Shown: one piece after another, positions 1-9,340 of the stretch
How positions within the stretch are numbered: the first letter of the stretch is position 1
Layout of the letters: each line of letters starts with the position of its first letter
DNA from: a virus
Taxonomy: Duplodnaviria > Caudoviricetes
IMG/VR virus record: IMGVR_UViG_3300038312_000261
Span: 1 to 44,555 of that record
Length of the DNA stretch: 44,555 bases
Direction: 5' to 3' (one strand)
Translations under genes and position numbers: made by a program
Notes under the pieces: model-generated
The model's input: only the letters and a program-made list of their open reading frames with translations
What the model was told of the DNA's origin: nothing
The model's database searches: none

Positions 1-81
1 CACCCTGACACAAAGATAAAATTTAAAAGTTAATTAAAGTGAATTGTCCAATTTTATTTGGATTTTAAATGGAAAACATAT

Positions 82-1959
82 ATGAAAAAAACAATCCTTT
101 TACTGATTTTCTTTCTTTCCCTCTTTCACAGTGAAGCACAACCCGCCTCTCCGCAGGAGGATAACCGATTTCCCCAGAGGGAAAATACCCTCAGGATCAT
201 GAGTTACAACATTCATCACGGCAGAGGGATGGACGACACAGTCGATATCGAACGCATCGGAAAACTGATCCTCGCTGTTAACCCGGAAGTGGTCGGCCTG
301 CAGGAGGTGGACAGCATGACGAACAGGAGCGGTAACATCGATATTATCCAACTGCTTTCCGAACAGACCGGAATGTACGCCACTTTCGGTTATTCCATCC
401 TGCATGACGGTGGAAAGTACGGAAACGGCATGCTGACCCGGGAAAAACCGGCGGCGGTAAGGAAAATCAACCTGCCCGGAGCCACTGAAGCCCGCACAGC
501 GCTCATCGTAGAACTTGAAAAGTATGTGGTGGTCAACACCCACCTCTCCCTCAGTGAGGAGGAGCGGCTGCAGTCGGTGAAAATCATCACCGAAGCCGTG
601 AGCGGCTACAACAAACCGGTCTTCCTGATCGGGGATCTGAACGCAACCCCCGACTCGGCTCCCATCGAACTCCTGAAAAAAGAATGGCAGATACTTTCCA
701 ACCCCAAACAACCCACATTTCCCTCAGTCAATCCCCTCAACACGATCGATTATATATTTGGATACACAGCCAGAGGGGAGACTTACGCCAAGTACAAGGC
801 CGTGGTGGTGGATGAACCTGTTGCATCTGACCACCGGCCCCTGTTCGCCGATATCCGTCTCAAGACGCCTGCATCGGAGGTGATGCGTACCATCCCTTAC
901 CTGCAAAATCCGGGAAACGACGAGATGACCATTATGTGGCTTACCCATGTGCCGGCGCAAAGCTGGGTGGAATATGGTACTGATAGTACCCACATGCAAC
1001 GGGCGCGACCCTTCCTCGAAGGGGTGATGGTAGCAAACAACAAGATCCATCGCGTACGCCTGAGCGGTCTACGCCCCGGAACAAAGTATTATTACCGAGT
1101 TGTCTCGCAGGAAATCACCCGCTATTCCAGTTACTATAAAGAGTTCGGCGATACGGTCAGATCCGACCTGAAAACGTTTACCTCCTGGAGCGATAAGGTG
1201 CGGGATTTTCGGGTGATCGTCTACAACGACCTCCACAGCAACATGACGATGTTCCAAAAGTTGCACGCGCTGGTGGAGGAGAAACCATACGATCTGGTTA
1301 TCTTCAACGGCGATTGCTTCGATGACGTGGAAGTTGAAGGAGATATCGTGAACCGGCTGCTCGCCTACACGCCCCGCATTAAAAGCGATCAAGTGCCCTC
1401 CATCTTTATACGGGGGAATCACGAAACGCGGGGTGAATACTCCCTTCACCTGTGGGATTACCTCGGGAGAATGGGAGGCCGGTCCTACAGTGCATTTTCG
1501 CTGGGGGACACTCGCTTTGTCCTTCTTGACTGCGGAGAAGACAAGAAGGATGCCCATGAGGTCTATTATGACATGAACGATTTTACTCAACACCGGATCG
1601 ATCAGGCCAAATTTCTGAAAGAGGAACTGAAGTCTAGTACTTTCGTCCACGCAACCAAACGAATTCTGATCCACCACATTCCCATTTTCGGGGTGAGCCC
1701 CGGCAGCTTTTCGCCCTGCTCCGATCTCTGGATACCGGTGCTAAAAGGTGCACCGTTCAATGTCTCCCTCAATGCCCATACCCACCGCTTTCGTGTGATC
1801 GAAAAAGGGGAAGCGGGAAATAACTTTCCCGTCATCATCGGAGGAGGGAACAGGGAGCCCGATGGTACGGTGATGGTCCTCGAGAAGAGAGGCGACAGGC
1901 TGACCGTTGAAGTCATCAATGCAGATGGGAAAAAACTGCTGTTCCAATACTCTATTTAA
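82..1959 (+). CDS. Host secreted endonuclease/exonuclease/phosphatase (EEP) fused to purple acid phosphatase FN3-like and metallophosphoesterase domains
   Basis: Signal peptide from ATG 82; EEP motifs SYNI, LQEVD, GDLN, SDH; metallophosphoesterase motifs DLH, GD, GNHE, HTH. More GC-rich than the prophage. Confidence 0.9.
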   Translation: MKKTILLLIFFLSLFHSEAQPASPQEDNRFPQRENTLRIMSYNIHHGRGMDDTVDIERIGKLILAVNPEVVGLQEVDSMTNRSGNIDIIQLLSEQTGMYATFGYSILHDGGKYGNGMLTREKPAAVRKINLPGATEARTALIVELEKYVVVNTHLSLSEEERLQSVKIITEAVSGYNKPVFLIGDLNATPDSAPIELLKKEWQILSNPKQPTFPSVNPLNTIDYIFGYTARGETYAKYKAVVVDEPVASDHRPLFADIRLKTPASEVMRTIPYLQNPGNDEMTIMWLTHVPAQSWVEYGTDSTHMQRARPFLEGVMVANNKIHRVRLSGLRPGTKYYYRVVSQEITRYSSYYKEFGDTVRSDLKTFTSWSDKVRDFRVIVYNDLHSNMTMFQKLHALVEEKPYDLVIFNGDCFDDVEVEGDIVNRLLAYTPRIKSDQVPSIFIRGNHETRGEYSLHLWDYLGRMGGRSYSAFSLGDTRFVLLDCGEDKKDAHEVYYDMNDFTQHRIDQAKFLKEELKSSTFVHATKRILIHHIPIFGVSPGSFSPCSDLWIPVLKGAPFNVSLNAHTHRFRVIEKGEAGNNFPVIIGGGNREPDGTVMVLEKRGDRLTVEVINADGKKLLFQYSI

Positions 1960-2377
1960 ACCAACTCCTGAATCTATTTTTCTCTTTCTTTTCGGAAACA
2001 GGGGGATTGCTTATTAAGGTTCCAAACGAGTACTCACCCCTTACGGTGGCTTGCACTGCCCGGTAGATTATTCCCCAATCAGGAAGTCCGCCTAAATTGC
2101 GATCATCGATAAACAAATCCGCTTTTAATTTACGGGGGGAGGTCTCCCGATTTTCCTCGGGATAATTCGCGTTAACCGCAAAAAAGTAAATGCCGTTTTG
2201 TTCGCAATAATCAATGGCTTCCTGCAACAACTGCCCTTCGCGCACCGTCCAGAGAAGGAGCCGGTGTCCGTCGTTGTGAAGCATGCGAAGCGTCTCGATG
2301 GCAAAAGGAATGGGGCTCCCTATTTTTGGATAAGCGTGCTCAACAATGGTTCCGTCAAAATCAACCGCAATAATCAT
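1952..2377 (-). CDS. Host HAD-superfamily phosphatase (BT0820-like)
   Basis: IAVDFDGT, LWTVR and K...DLFIDDRN HAD motifs. Confidence 0.88.
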   Translation of the reverse strand: MIIAVDFDGTIVEHAYPKIGSPIPFAIETLRMLHNDGHRLLLWTVREGQLLQEAIDYCEQNGIYFFAVNANYPEENRETSPRKLKADLFIDDRNLGGLPDWGIIYRAVQATVRGEYSFGTLISNPPVSEKKEKNRFRSWFK

Positions 2378-2450
2378 GTCAACCGTTTCTTAATTTTAAC
2401 GGTAAATATACACATTCTTTTTTTCCCTTCTGTTTTTTTGGCATAAAATG

Positions 2451-2483
2451 AAAACCTCCGATACGTACTGGACGTTCCGGAGG
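2451..2483 (-). terminator. Possible intrinsic terminator of the original host tRNA gene
   Basis: CCTCCG (2455-2460) / CGGAGG (2478-2483) with AAAA at 2451-2454 (U tract on minus strand), just downstream of the tRNA 3' half. Loop is large. Confidence 0.4.
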
Positions 2484-2498
2484 AAAATTCGAGGGCTG

Positions 2499-2542
2499 TG
2501 GTCCCACTTGGGCTTGAACCAAGGACTCCCTGATTATGAGTC
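2499..2542 (-). repeat. Prophage attachment core: 3' half of tRNA(CAT), Ile2 or Met
   Basis: Minus strand reads GACTCATAATCAGGGAGTCCTTGGTTCAAGCCCAAGTGGGACCA (anticodon loop CTCATAA, T-arm, acceptor 3' strand). D-arm and 5' half are missing and composition turns AT-rich immediately after. Confidence 0.88.
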
Positions 2543-2626
2543 CAACTCGGAATTACCTATTTATAAACTGTATTTCAATATGTTGCATCAACATAAAAAA
2601 TTACAAAAGACAAGTTTTGGTTAAAA

Positions 2627-2788
2627 CTAATCTTTATTTTCAGGTTTTACTTTAGGGGGTGGAGGTGGTGGAGCGACATAAGTTGGCATTGAGTGTTTAA
2701 CAGTAGAACTGCCATCGTCTGGTAGACGAACGATCTCCTTTTGGGTTTCTGGAATCTTTATTACCCTGTTTTCTTTTTTTGAACTCAT
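2627..2788 (-). CDS. 53-aa proline-rich peptide (not in ORF track)
   Basis: MSSKKENRVIKIPETQKEIVRLPDDGSSTVKHSMPTYVAPPPPPPKVKPENKD; start overlaps the upstream stop as ATGA. Confidence 0.65.
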   Translation of the reverse strand: MSSKKENRVIKIPETQKEIVRLPDDGSSTVKHSMPTYVAPPPPPPKVKPENKD

Positions 2789-3282
2789 GATCTTGAAGAA
2801 TTAAAATAGTTTTTAAAATATTCGTCACATTTACAATTCGCTTTATTGATCAATTTATTATATTTTGATGTGATATTATCGTTTATAATTGGAAATATTT
2901 CTGATTCATTTTTTCGTAACCTGTAAAACTGATCATGAACTTTAGCGTCGTTTTGCCCATTTTCTAATTTGTACCAAATACGTTCTATTTCGTTTAAGTG
3001 TTTTGCGTAAAATGTTTGAATTTTATTCAGAGATTCAAATTGTTTCTCAGAGTAGATTAATTCACCTCTTAACTCTTTCAGTAAAGACATTATTGCAATT
3101 AAAACACAAGCTATAACCGGGATAAATTCCCATATGTCCCAGAACAATCCTCCAATGGAAGATATAATGATAATTGATATATTAAACCTTTTAACTATCT
3201 TCTTTTGATGTTCGTATAGCAAAGATGTGTATACCACATTAAATTTTGCTTGCCCCATATCATACCAAACCTTGTTTCTCAT
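2785..3282 (-). CDS. Two-TM membrane protein, SLATT-like
   Basis: Two adjacent hydrophobic helices (aa ~34-68) then a helical cytoplasmic tail; ATGA-coupled on both sides. Confidence 0.6.
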   Translation of the reverse strand: MRNKVWYDMGQAKFNVVYTSLLYEHQKKIVKRFNISIIIISSIGGLFWDIWEFIPVIACVLIAIMSLLKELRGELIYSEKQFESLNKIQTFYAKHLNEIERIWYKLENGQNDAKVHDQFYRLRKNESEIFPIINDNITSKYNKLINKANCKCDEYFKNYFNSSRS

Positions 3283-3545
3283 TTTCTTAAAAATTCACCT
3301 TTTCCAAAAAATAACCAATCCGGATTGACATTGTACGCTTCGAGCAAAAGCAGAATTGAGTTAATGGATGGTTCGTTATTTTTATTATCTTCGATGCGCT
3401 TCAAGTTACTGGCATGATAGATTCCAATCGATTTGCAGAATTCAGTTTTTGTTTTAACAAGACCCAAATAACGGAGTTCTTCATAGGCACGGACAAAACG
3501 CAAACTAACGGCACGTGAATCATTAGTTATTTCTTTAATCGGCAT
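3279..3545 (-). CDS. XRE/CI-like HTH protein
   Basis: FCKSIGI...NLKRIE...EPS...VNPDWLFFGKGE pattern. Confidence 0.8.
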   Translation of the reverse strand: MPIKEITNDSRAVSLRFVRAYEELRYLGLVKTKTEFCKSIGIYHASNLKRIEDNKNNEPSINSILLLLEAYNVNPDWLFFGKGEFLRK

Positions 3546-3551
3546 AATAAA

Positions 3552-3887
3552 TCACTTTATGTAAAAAAAATACGATTCTCCAGAATGGTCAACTTTCATT
3601 TCATTGTCATTTCTGCGTTCGAATTGCAAATTATGTTTTACTATACTTCCTCTTCTGTTAATAACTGAAAATGAATAATTCAGTTTATCAGTTAATTTAT
3701 CATCTTCGTATATGTAAACAGAATCATTGGTTATAAAATCAAAAATTGTAGAATTTGCAGTAATATCATTTTTTATTACATCTCCTTTATATTCCCATTT
3801 TGTGTATCCAAATAAAGGAACCTCGTATTTATAACAAGAAAAGAAAAACATGACTGTAAATAGATAAAAAAATATTCTTGTTCTCAT
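3552..3887 (-). CDS. Putative lipoprotein (possible superinfection exclusion)
   Basis: Hydrophobic signal ending FFFSC; beta-rich mature part; lies in the leftward lysogenic operon. Confidence 0.6.
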   Translation of the reverse strand: MRTRIFFYLFTVMFFFSCYKYEVPLFGYTKWEYKGDVIKNDITANSTIFDFITNDSVYIYEDDKLTDKLNYSFSVINRRGSIVKHNLQFERRNDNEMKVDHSGESYFFYIK

Positions 3888-4210
3888 TTCTTCGGATATT
3901 TAGGTTTAACTTGTTTACTTAGAACATCTCGCATCGAGTAGAGATGTTTTTTCTTTTCCGGAAAAATATTTATTGTTACCGGACCTTCTATGTTGATATG
4001 CCCGGTTGGTAGATCTGCTTCACTGATAAGATCAGGAACCGGAATATCAAGCTCTAAAGACAGTTTTTCGAGTTGTGAAAGTGTGATATCGGCTCCGTCG
4101 CGAATACTTCTTAATTCATCAATGGATATGCCTGAAAGTGCCGATAATGCATCAGCACTCATACCTACGGTATCTTTTGTATTATGAAGTATTTTTTGAT
4201 ATAATTTCAT
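3884..4210 (-). CDS. XRE-family HTH protein
   Basis: GMSADALSALSGIS...ITLSQLEKLSLELDIPVPDL. Confidence 0.75.
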   Translation of the reverse strand: MKLYQKILHNTKDTVGMSADALSALSGISIDELRSIRDGADITLSQLEKLSLELDIPVPDLISEADLPTGHINIEGPVTINIFPEKKKHLYSMRDVLSKQVKPKYPKK

Positions 4211-4387
4211 CTAAAAAAATTTGATCTGCATACCACTACCCTACTAATATTTATCTCTTCCCTTATTGAATTCACTCATAACTTTAGTAAAACTGGACGG
4301 TCTATCTATATCCATATTTTTCAATTTTTTTCTTATTATTTCCTTGAATTATCTATCAGCTTTTTTATCTAAATATTTTACCTTTGA

Positions 4388-5359
4388 TTAGTTGTTTCCT
4401 GATGAGTTATTTTCATAATCCTCACCCGTGAAATCGAATAATTCCATTTGTTGAACGGGGAGAAAAGATAATTTTCTTTGCTTATCTTCTTTTCCCTTTT
4501 TCTTTATTCTGTTGAATTGAACTGTTTTGGCGTTTGGAAAAGCAAACTCAAGATTTTCTTTAAATCTATCCATGTTGGAGGATGCTTTCGAGATGCCTAA
4601 AACAGAAAACAAATGATCAGTAAGAGCTTTATATCCAGTATTGCTCAACTTTTGGTGATGATGCTTTGTGCCTTGCGGTTGTGGATTATTTTTTCGCAAA
4701 TAATCAGCAACATCAGGATCCAGGGTATCGTATACATACCTCATTACATATTTGCCAAATCGTTTCGGATATGGCTTGTCAATCAAAGGAGATGTTCTAC
4801 CTTCAAGCCGGTATAGATGCATAAAGAATTCTTTTGGGAATGTTCTTGTCCATTCCCTATATCCATCGGAAATGTAAAAATCTAATTTAGCCTGTAATTC
4901 ATTTGATTTTCGGAAATATTGATAACCAGTAGCTTCATCAATTATCGCATCTATTCCTGTTTTCGCTAAGGCTGAAATAAAGATTTCAGACTGTTCTGCC
5001 AATTTTGCTTGATTAGGTGACAATATGCCCATCTGCCTAGCTTTAAGGTATGCATTGCATATATCAACAACCATACTCGCTTTTACTCCATTTATAGTGT
5101 ATGTGCCCACGTTGACTATCAGCAAATTGTCGTCAAATTTTTGTGATATTTCAGGAGGCAAAGTTTCTTCTAGGGCCCGGGACCTTAGATACCTTTTAAT
5201 GTCACCACTTTCCCTACTACCGGTTATCAAACGTACGACCTCCCGTTGAGTAAGCACCCTTTCGATCTTGTATCCGAAATCGACAACATAACAAGGAAGT
5301 TCATATTCTCCGCTGTTAAGTCTAATCACTCCTTTATACACTTGTTTTATGCTTTCCAT
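4388..5359 (-). CDS. P63C domain protein
   Basis: LPCYV, GIDAIIDEATGYQ, WTRTFPKEFF, RFGKYV...VYD and HHQKL motifs typical of P63C proteins. Confidence 0.85.
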   Translation of the reverse strand: MESIKQVYKGVIRLNSGEYELPCYVVDFGYKIERVLTQREVVRLITGSRESGDIKRYLRSRALEETLPPEISQKFDDNLLIVNVGTYTINGVKASMVVDICNAYLKARQMGILSPNQAKLAEQSEIFISALAKTGIDAIIDEATGYQYFRKSNELQAKLDFYISDGYREWTRTFPKEFFMHLYRLEGRTSPLIDKPYPKRFGKYVMRYVYDTLDPDVADYLRKNNPQPQGTKHHHQKLSNTGYKALTDHLFSVLGISKASSNMDRFKENLEFAFPNAKTVQFNRIKKKGKEDKQRKLSFLPVQQMELFDFTGEDYENNSSGNN

Positions 5360-5480
5360 ATTTGTGAGAATAACATGTTTATAATATTAGGTTATAATTG
5401 GGCATTATATAGGATTTTTTGGTAAATTTCATGGCTGTTTTTATCTATGTTGCGAACAACGTCTACCTCTTAATTTACAT

Positions 5481-5846
5481 TTATTTCTTCATCAATACCT
5501 GAATCAATCTCTCCTTTTCCTCAATAATCCGTTTGAGGTGTTCAATCTCTACTTCTTTTGAGTGTATGTCGTTCTCCAAGATTGTGATTTGGCTATGATG
5601 GCCAGAAGCAACTGTATTATTATTTCCGTTAACCATCGTATTATTCCCTTTTCCTTCATCATCGAAAAAATATGTAATAGGAACACCTAAAATGTTGCAA
5701 AATTTTTCCAGTAAATCTGAATCAAAGTTATTCTTGTTATAATATTTGAATACACTTGATTCAGACACACCTAATCTTACGGCAAAATCGGCTACAGATA
5801 TACCTTTTTGAGCAAGAATAGATTTTAGTTTCTCTCCTTTTTTCAT
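5481..5846 (-). CDS. CI-like prophage repressor (XRE HTH with C-terminal coiled coil)
   Basis: N-terminal HTH, divergent from the Cro-like gene; tail IEEKERLIQVLM; no S24 peptidase domain. Confidence 0.8.
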   Translation of the reverse strand: MKKGEKLKSILAQKGISVADFAVRLGVSESSVFKYYNKNNFDSDLLEKFCNILGVPITYFFDDEGKGNNTMVNGNNNTVASGHHSQITILENDIHSKEVEIEHLKRIIEEKERLIQVLMKK

Positions 5847-5891
5847 ATAAAAAACACAAGAGTAATGTTAATAATTCATAATACTATAATA

Positions 5892-5927
5892 TTATTACAG
5901 TAAATATTTGGGAGTTCACTGTAATAA
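5892..5927. promoter_or_regulatory. Operator-like inverted repeat overlapping the early promoter
   Basis: TTATTACAGT (5892-5901) / ACTGTAATAA (5918-5927), perfect 10-bp arms. Confidence 0.65.
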
Positions 5928-5938
5928 ACTTACATTTG
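5907..5938 (+). promoter_or_regulatory. Rightward early promoter (Bacteroidetes -33/-7)
   Basis: TTTG (5907-5910) - 20 nt - TACATTTG (5931-5938), matching TTTG-N19-21-TAnnTTTG. Confidence 0.75.
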
Positions 5939-5988
5939 CGCTGTAAACATATTGACACATCAATAGCAAAACGATGCAAAGTAAAGAG

Positions 5989-5996
5989 CAAATATA
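5989..5996 (-). promoter_or_regulatory. Candidate -7 box of the leftward repressor promoter
   Basis: CAAATATA = TATATTTG on the minus strand; no clear -33 box. Confidence 0.5.
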
Positions 5997-6069
5997 ATGA
6001 ATTACAATAATTAAAAATAGTCATTTCGATAAAATTCTAAAAAATGATATCCAAAAAACAATTAATGGT

Positions 6070-6318
6070 ATGGACTTTAAAGAACAAAAAAAGCTGGTAT
6101 TCGACATTCTCAAACAAGGTGAACGTCGGGTTATTGCCGAACGTGCCGGCGTAACAAGAGTAACCGTCAACAATGCTTTGAACCTTGATACCCTTGAAGG
6201 TGCAACCAGTGCGCAAATGCGTGTTTGGGAAGAGTGTTTGAGCCTCGTGAAAGAAAAACAGCAGAGAGCTGAAAGAATTGAAAAAGGAGTAGCGGAGGTA
6301 GCTGAAACTTTGAAGTGA
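6070..6318 (+). CDS. Cro-like HTH protein
   Basis: IAERAGVTRVTVNNAL HTH; first gene of the rightward operon. Confidence 0.75.
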   Translation: MDFKEQKKLVFDILKQGERRVIAERAGVTRVTVNNALNLDTLEGATSAQMRVWEECLSLVKEKQQRAERIEKGVAEVAETLK

Positions 6319-6632
6319 TGGAAGCTTTAACAACACGTGAAAATGAAGTTCTCAGGCTTACGGCTCGAGACTGCTTGTCTGCAAAGGAAATAGCAGCAAA
6401 GCTTTTCATTTCTCCTACAACAGCCCAGAATCACATCAAAAATATAAAAGCAAAATTGAACCTGCAAAAGGTATCAGAGCTGTGCCGCCACTATTACACT
6501 AACATCATTGCCACTTTTCTACTCCTTATTACCCTTCCATCAGCATTTCAACCAAACAACGGAATGATAAGGGTAAGAAGAGCGGGACGTAACAGACAGG
6601 AAACAGAATTTATCTTACAGATTGAATCATGA
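6318..6632 (+). CDS. LuxR/GerE-type HTH regulator with hydrophobic C-terminal segment
   Basis: LTTRENEVLRL...KEIAAKLFISPTTAQNHIKNIKAKL. Confidence 0.85.
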   Translation: MEALTTRENEVLRLTARDCLSAKEIAAKLFISPTTAQNHIKNIKAKLNLQKVSELCRHYYTNIIATFLLLITLPSAFQPNNGMIRVRRAGRNRQETEFILQIES

Positions 6633-7036
6633 CGACATTACAAGCCATCCGGTTGCTCGCAGAGCAAATTGAAAACGTATATGAAACGGTTAGTGAATTC
6701 ATGCCATCCAACTACGAAAGTGAAATGGAGTTGCGTAACGGAAATGAAGCTTTGTATCTGTATTACAAAGATTGCGGAAACGGCGAATTAAGTGATTTGA
6801 GAATTGAGTGTTGGGGTAAGCTGATTTACGTGGATAAATGGCGCAAAATAGGCGGATTCATGGGAGTGAACGAAGAGTTGCTTGCAACAACATTCCGCTC
6901 GATGATGAAAGATCATTATGCCTTGAAAATACGGGAATACAATGAAAAACATGCCGCCGAGATAGCAGAGCAAGAATCTGAATATTACAAAGAAATGTAT
7001 TACGACAACAAAATGTGCCTGGCGATGGGCAAATGA
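6629..7036 (+). CDS. Hypothetical phage protein
   Basis: ATGA-coupled ORF in the early operon. Confidence 0.7.
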   Translation: MTTLQAIRLLAEQIENVYETVSEFMPSNYESEMELRNGNEALYLYYKDCGNGELSDLRIECWGKLIYVDKWRKIGGFMGVNEELLATTFRSMMKDHYALKIREYNEKHAAEIAEQESEYYKEMYYDNKMCLAMGK

Positions 7037-7042
7037 TTGATT

Positions 7043-7294
7043 ATGCAGAACTGGCCAACCATAACAGACGCTGTAGCGACATTTCACCGGGAGGATATCA
7101 CTTTCGGACAAAGAGAGGCTGCAAAGTTGGTTGGCGGTCGAACACGGCTCGAAAAGCTAATAGCTGAAGGCAGAATTAGGGCCGAAAAAAAAACACTCAC
7201 ACAAAACGGAAAATGGTTCTGCAACGGTGGAGACGTTTTGTGCTACGTGAAAAACAGACCGAGAAAGAAAAGAAGAAAAACCAATAAAGCTTAA
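7043..7294 (+). CDS. Excisionase-like DNA-binding protein
   Basis: FGQREAAKLVGG...LIAEGRIRA...GKW winged-HTH pattern, basic tail. Confidence 0.6.
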   Translation: MQNWPTITDAVATFHREDITFGQREAAKLVGGRTRLEKLIAEGRIRAEKKTLTQNGKWFCNGGDVLCYVKNRPRKKRRKTNKA

Positions 7295-7299
7295 ACAAA

Positions 7300-7446
7300 A
7301 TGAAAGATTTCTATTACCGGCTTATTGACAAGCTATTCGATGAAAAGGTGAATAACCTGATCTGCTGGGTGTGCATTACACTTATTGTGTGCTTTGGAAT
7401 ATTCCAGACACTGAGACATTTTTTCAGAATATATTTAATCGCATGA
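7300..7446 (+). CDS. 48-aa single-TM protein (not in ORF track)
   Basis: MKDFYYRLIDKLFDEKVNNLICWVCITLIVCFGIFQTLRHFFRIYLIA; A-rich leader; ATGA overlap with the next gene. Confidence 0.6.
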   Translation: MKDFYYRLIDKLFDEKVNNLICWVCITLIVCFGIFQTLRHFFRIYLIA

Positions 7447-7613
7447 TCATGATAACAATGAAAACGACTTGTGGAAAGAGATTTACCCTGAAACTAGTAA
7501 CTCAGAAACCTATTTTTCACTGCGATTTTTGCGGCTCTAAAATGGATTACATCCCATACTATTACGAGGGATTTGAAATTTGTGACCAATGTAATCTGAG
7601 GTATAAAAACTGA
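7443..7613 (+). CDS. Small zinc-ribbon protein
   Basis: CDFC...CDQC pairs. Confidence 0.55.
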   Translation: MIMITMKTTCGKRFTLKLVTQKPIFHCDFCGSKMDYIPYYYEGFEICDQCNLRYKN

Positions 7614-7644
7614 TTTACAAAACACCAATAAAAACCAAAAAACA

Positions 7645-8868
7645 ATGGACAATCAACTTATTAAACTTATCGATGACAATGGACTTGACAAAACAAAAAG
7701 CCAAGTGTTGTTAGACAATTTTTCGGGATATTTTGAAATGGCGGCCGAATGGGAACGAAAAGCAGAAGAGCTTGTAATTACAAGCGTTGAACAAAAAGCT
7801 GAAATGAAATTGGCACGTGAGGGGCGTTTGTTTTTGAAAGATAAACGCATTTCCGTTGAGAAAACGAGAAAACAACTAAAAGAAGCTTCGCTCCGTGAAG
7901 GGCAAACAATTGATGCTATTGCCAAAGTACTCACAAACCTGATCACTCCCATTGAAAAGGATCTGGAAGAAAAAGAGAAGTTTGCCGAGATACAGGAAGC
8001 AAAAAGAATTGAGACTCTGAAAGACGCCCGCACACGTGAGCTTGAGCCGTATATTGAATTCGTGCCTTATGGTTTGAATTTAGGGACCATGGACGAGGAT
8101 AATTACAGCAAAGTATTATCCGGTGCAAAATTGCAAAAGCAAGCCAAAGAAGAAGCTGAGTTGAAAGCTGAACAAGAACGGATTGCATTTGAAAAGTTGG
8201 TAAAACAACGGAAAGAAAGAGAGATTGAGTTGCTGAACATCGATGGTGTGAAAAGCAACCCAAACAACACATTCACTCTCACTAACGAGGAGAATCCCGA
8301 TTTTTCAAATGTGATTGATTTTAAAGATATCCTTGATTGTGATGCCGAAAAATTTCAAAGTTACAAATATGAGTTCTTAGCAACAGCCGATGCGAATAAG
8401 GCATACAGAGAAAAACTGAAAGCCGAAAAAGAACGGCTCCAAAAAGAAGCCGAAGAACGTGAACGCCAGCTTGCCGAAGAACGTGCTAAAGCTGCTGCCG
8501 AACGGAAAGCGATTGAAGAAAAAGCCAGGAAAGAACGTGAAGAACATGAGCGTATATTGCTGATAGAGCGTGAAAAGCAATCCAAATTAGAAGCCGAACG
8601 GAGAGCGGAACAGGCCCGTATTGAAGCCGAGAGATTGGAAGCCGAACGCAAGGCTGCTGCCGAAAAAAGGACAAAAGAAGAGGCTGACAGACGTGCTAAA
8701 AACGCACCGGATAAAGAAAAACTTCTTGTGTTTGCGACAGAGTTGGAAAAGCTCCTTTACAACGCACCTGATTTGAAAGCGGATGATGCTATTGCAATAT
8801 TCTCTCATATCAATCCGATCATGAAAGACACAATCACTTACATCCGATTGAATTCAGATAAATTATAA
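7645..8868 (+). CDS. Long coiled-coil phage protein
   Basis: E/K/A/R-rich helical sequence upstream of the recombination genes. Confidence 0.75.
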   Translation: MDNQLIKLIDDNGLDKTKSQVLLDNFSGYFEMAAEWERKAEELVITSVEQKAEMKLAREGRLFLKDKRISVEKTRKQLKEASLREGQTIDAIAKVLTNLITPIEKDLEEKEKFAEIQEAKRIETLKDARTRELEPYIEFVPYGLNLGTMDEDNYSKVLSGAKLQKQAKEEAELKAEQERIAFEKLVKQRKEREIELLNIDGVKSNPNNTFTLTNEENPDFSNVIDFKDILDCDAEKFQSYKYEFLATADANKAYREKLKAEKERLQKEAEERERQLAEERAKAAAERKAIEEKARKEREEHERILLIEREKQSKLEAERRAEQARIEAERLEAERKAAAEKRTKEEADRRAKNAPDKEKLLVFATELEKLLYNAPDLKADDAIAIFSHINPIMKDTITYIRLNSDKL

Positions 8869-8887
8869 TCAATAAAACCAACAAAAA

Positions 8888-9340
8888 ATGACAACAGAGA
8901 CTAAAGAACTTCAAAGAAGATCCGAAAATGCACTTGAGATGCAAACAGTGGATTTACAAGCAGGCAACTTACCTGATCTTGAAAAAGCAGATGTTATGCC
9001 CGTCGATTTAACCGGTAATTACTGGACACCTGAACAAGACGGTGAAAGTAAGCGGCTGTTTTTCGTGGATATCCAACCACAAAAAGTATTGAGCAGTTCC
9101 GGAACCGGAGAGATAATTGATTTGGATTGTGCCGTATTCCTCGAACAGAAAGGTAATGATATCAAAACAGTAACCAATGGCAGCCGTCGTTTAGTGGGTG
9201 TCCTGGAATCATATCTTGTACAAGGATTAATCGGACAGGGCACACCGTTACTGATTACTTACCTTGGAAAACGTCGGAACAAAACCAATTCTTTCAGCTC
9301 AGACAACTGGAGTATAAAACCGCTTAGAATAAGTATCTGA
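8888..9340 (+). CDS. Hypothetical protein, possible ssDNA-binding/annealing partner of the nuclease
   Basis: YWTPEQDGE...LLITYLGK beta-rich pattern; coupled to the nuclease gene. Confidence 0.5.
   Translation: MTTETKELQRRSENALEMQTVDLQAGNLPDLEKADVMPVDLTGNYWTPEQDGESKRLFFVDIQPQKVLSSSGTGEIIDLDCAVFLEQKGNDIKTVTNGSRRLVGVLESYLVQGLIGQGTPLLITYLGKRRNKTNSFSSDNWSIKPLRISI

Noticed and set aside
100-1947. Several minus-strand ORFs over the host phosphatase gene, and similar antisense ORFs throughout the prophage
   Set aside because: Shadow frames of well-supported genes, with no motifs or start context.
2499-2542. Functional tRNA gene
   Set aside because: The 5' half (acceptor 5' strand and D-arm) is absent; it is an att remnant.
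6037-6409. Minus-strand ORFs opposite the Cro-like and LuxR genes
   Set aside because: No recognisable motifs, while the plus-strand HTH genes are convincing.
8400-8700. Repetitive GCCGAA/GAACG-rich DNA
   Set aside because: Explained by E/A/R/K coiled-coil coding.
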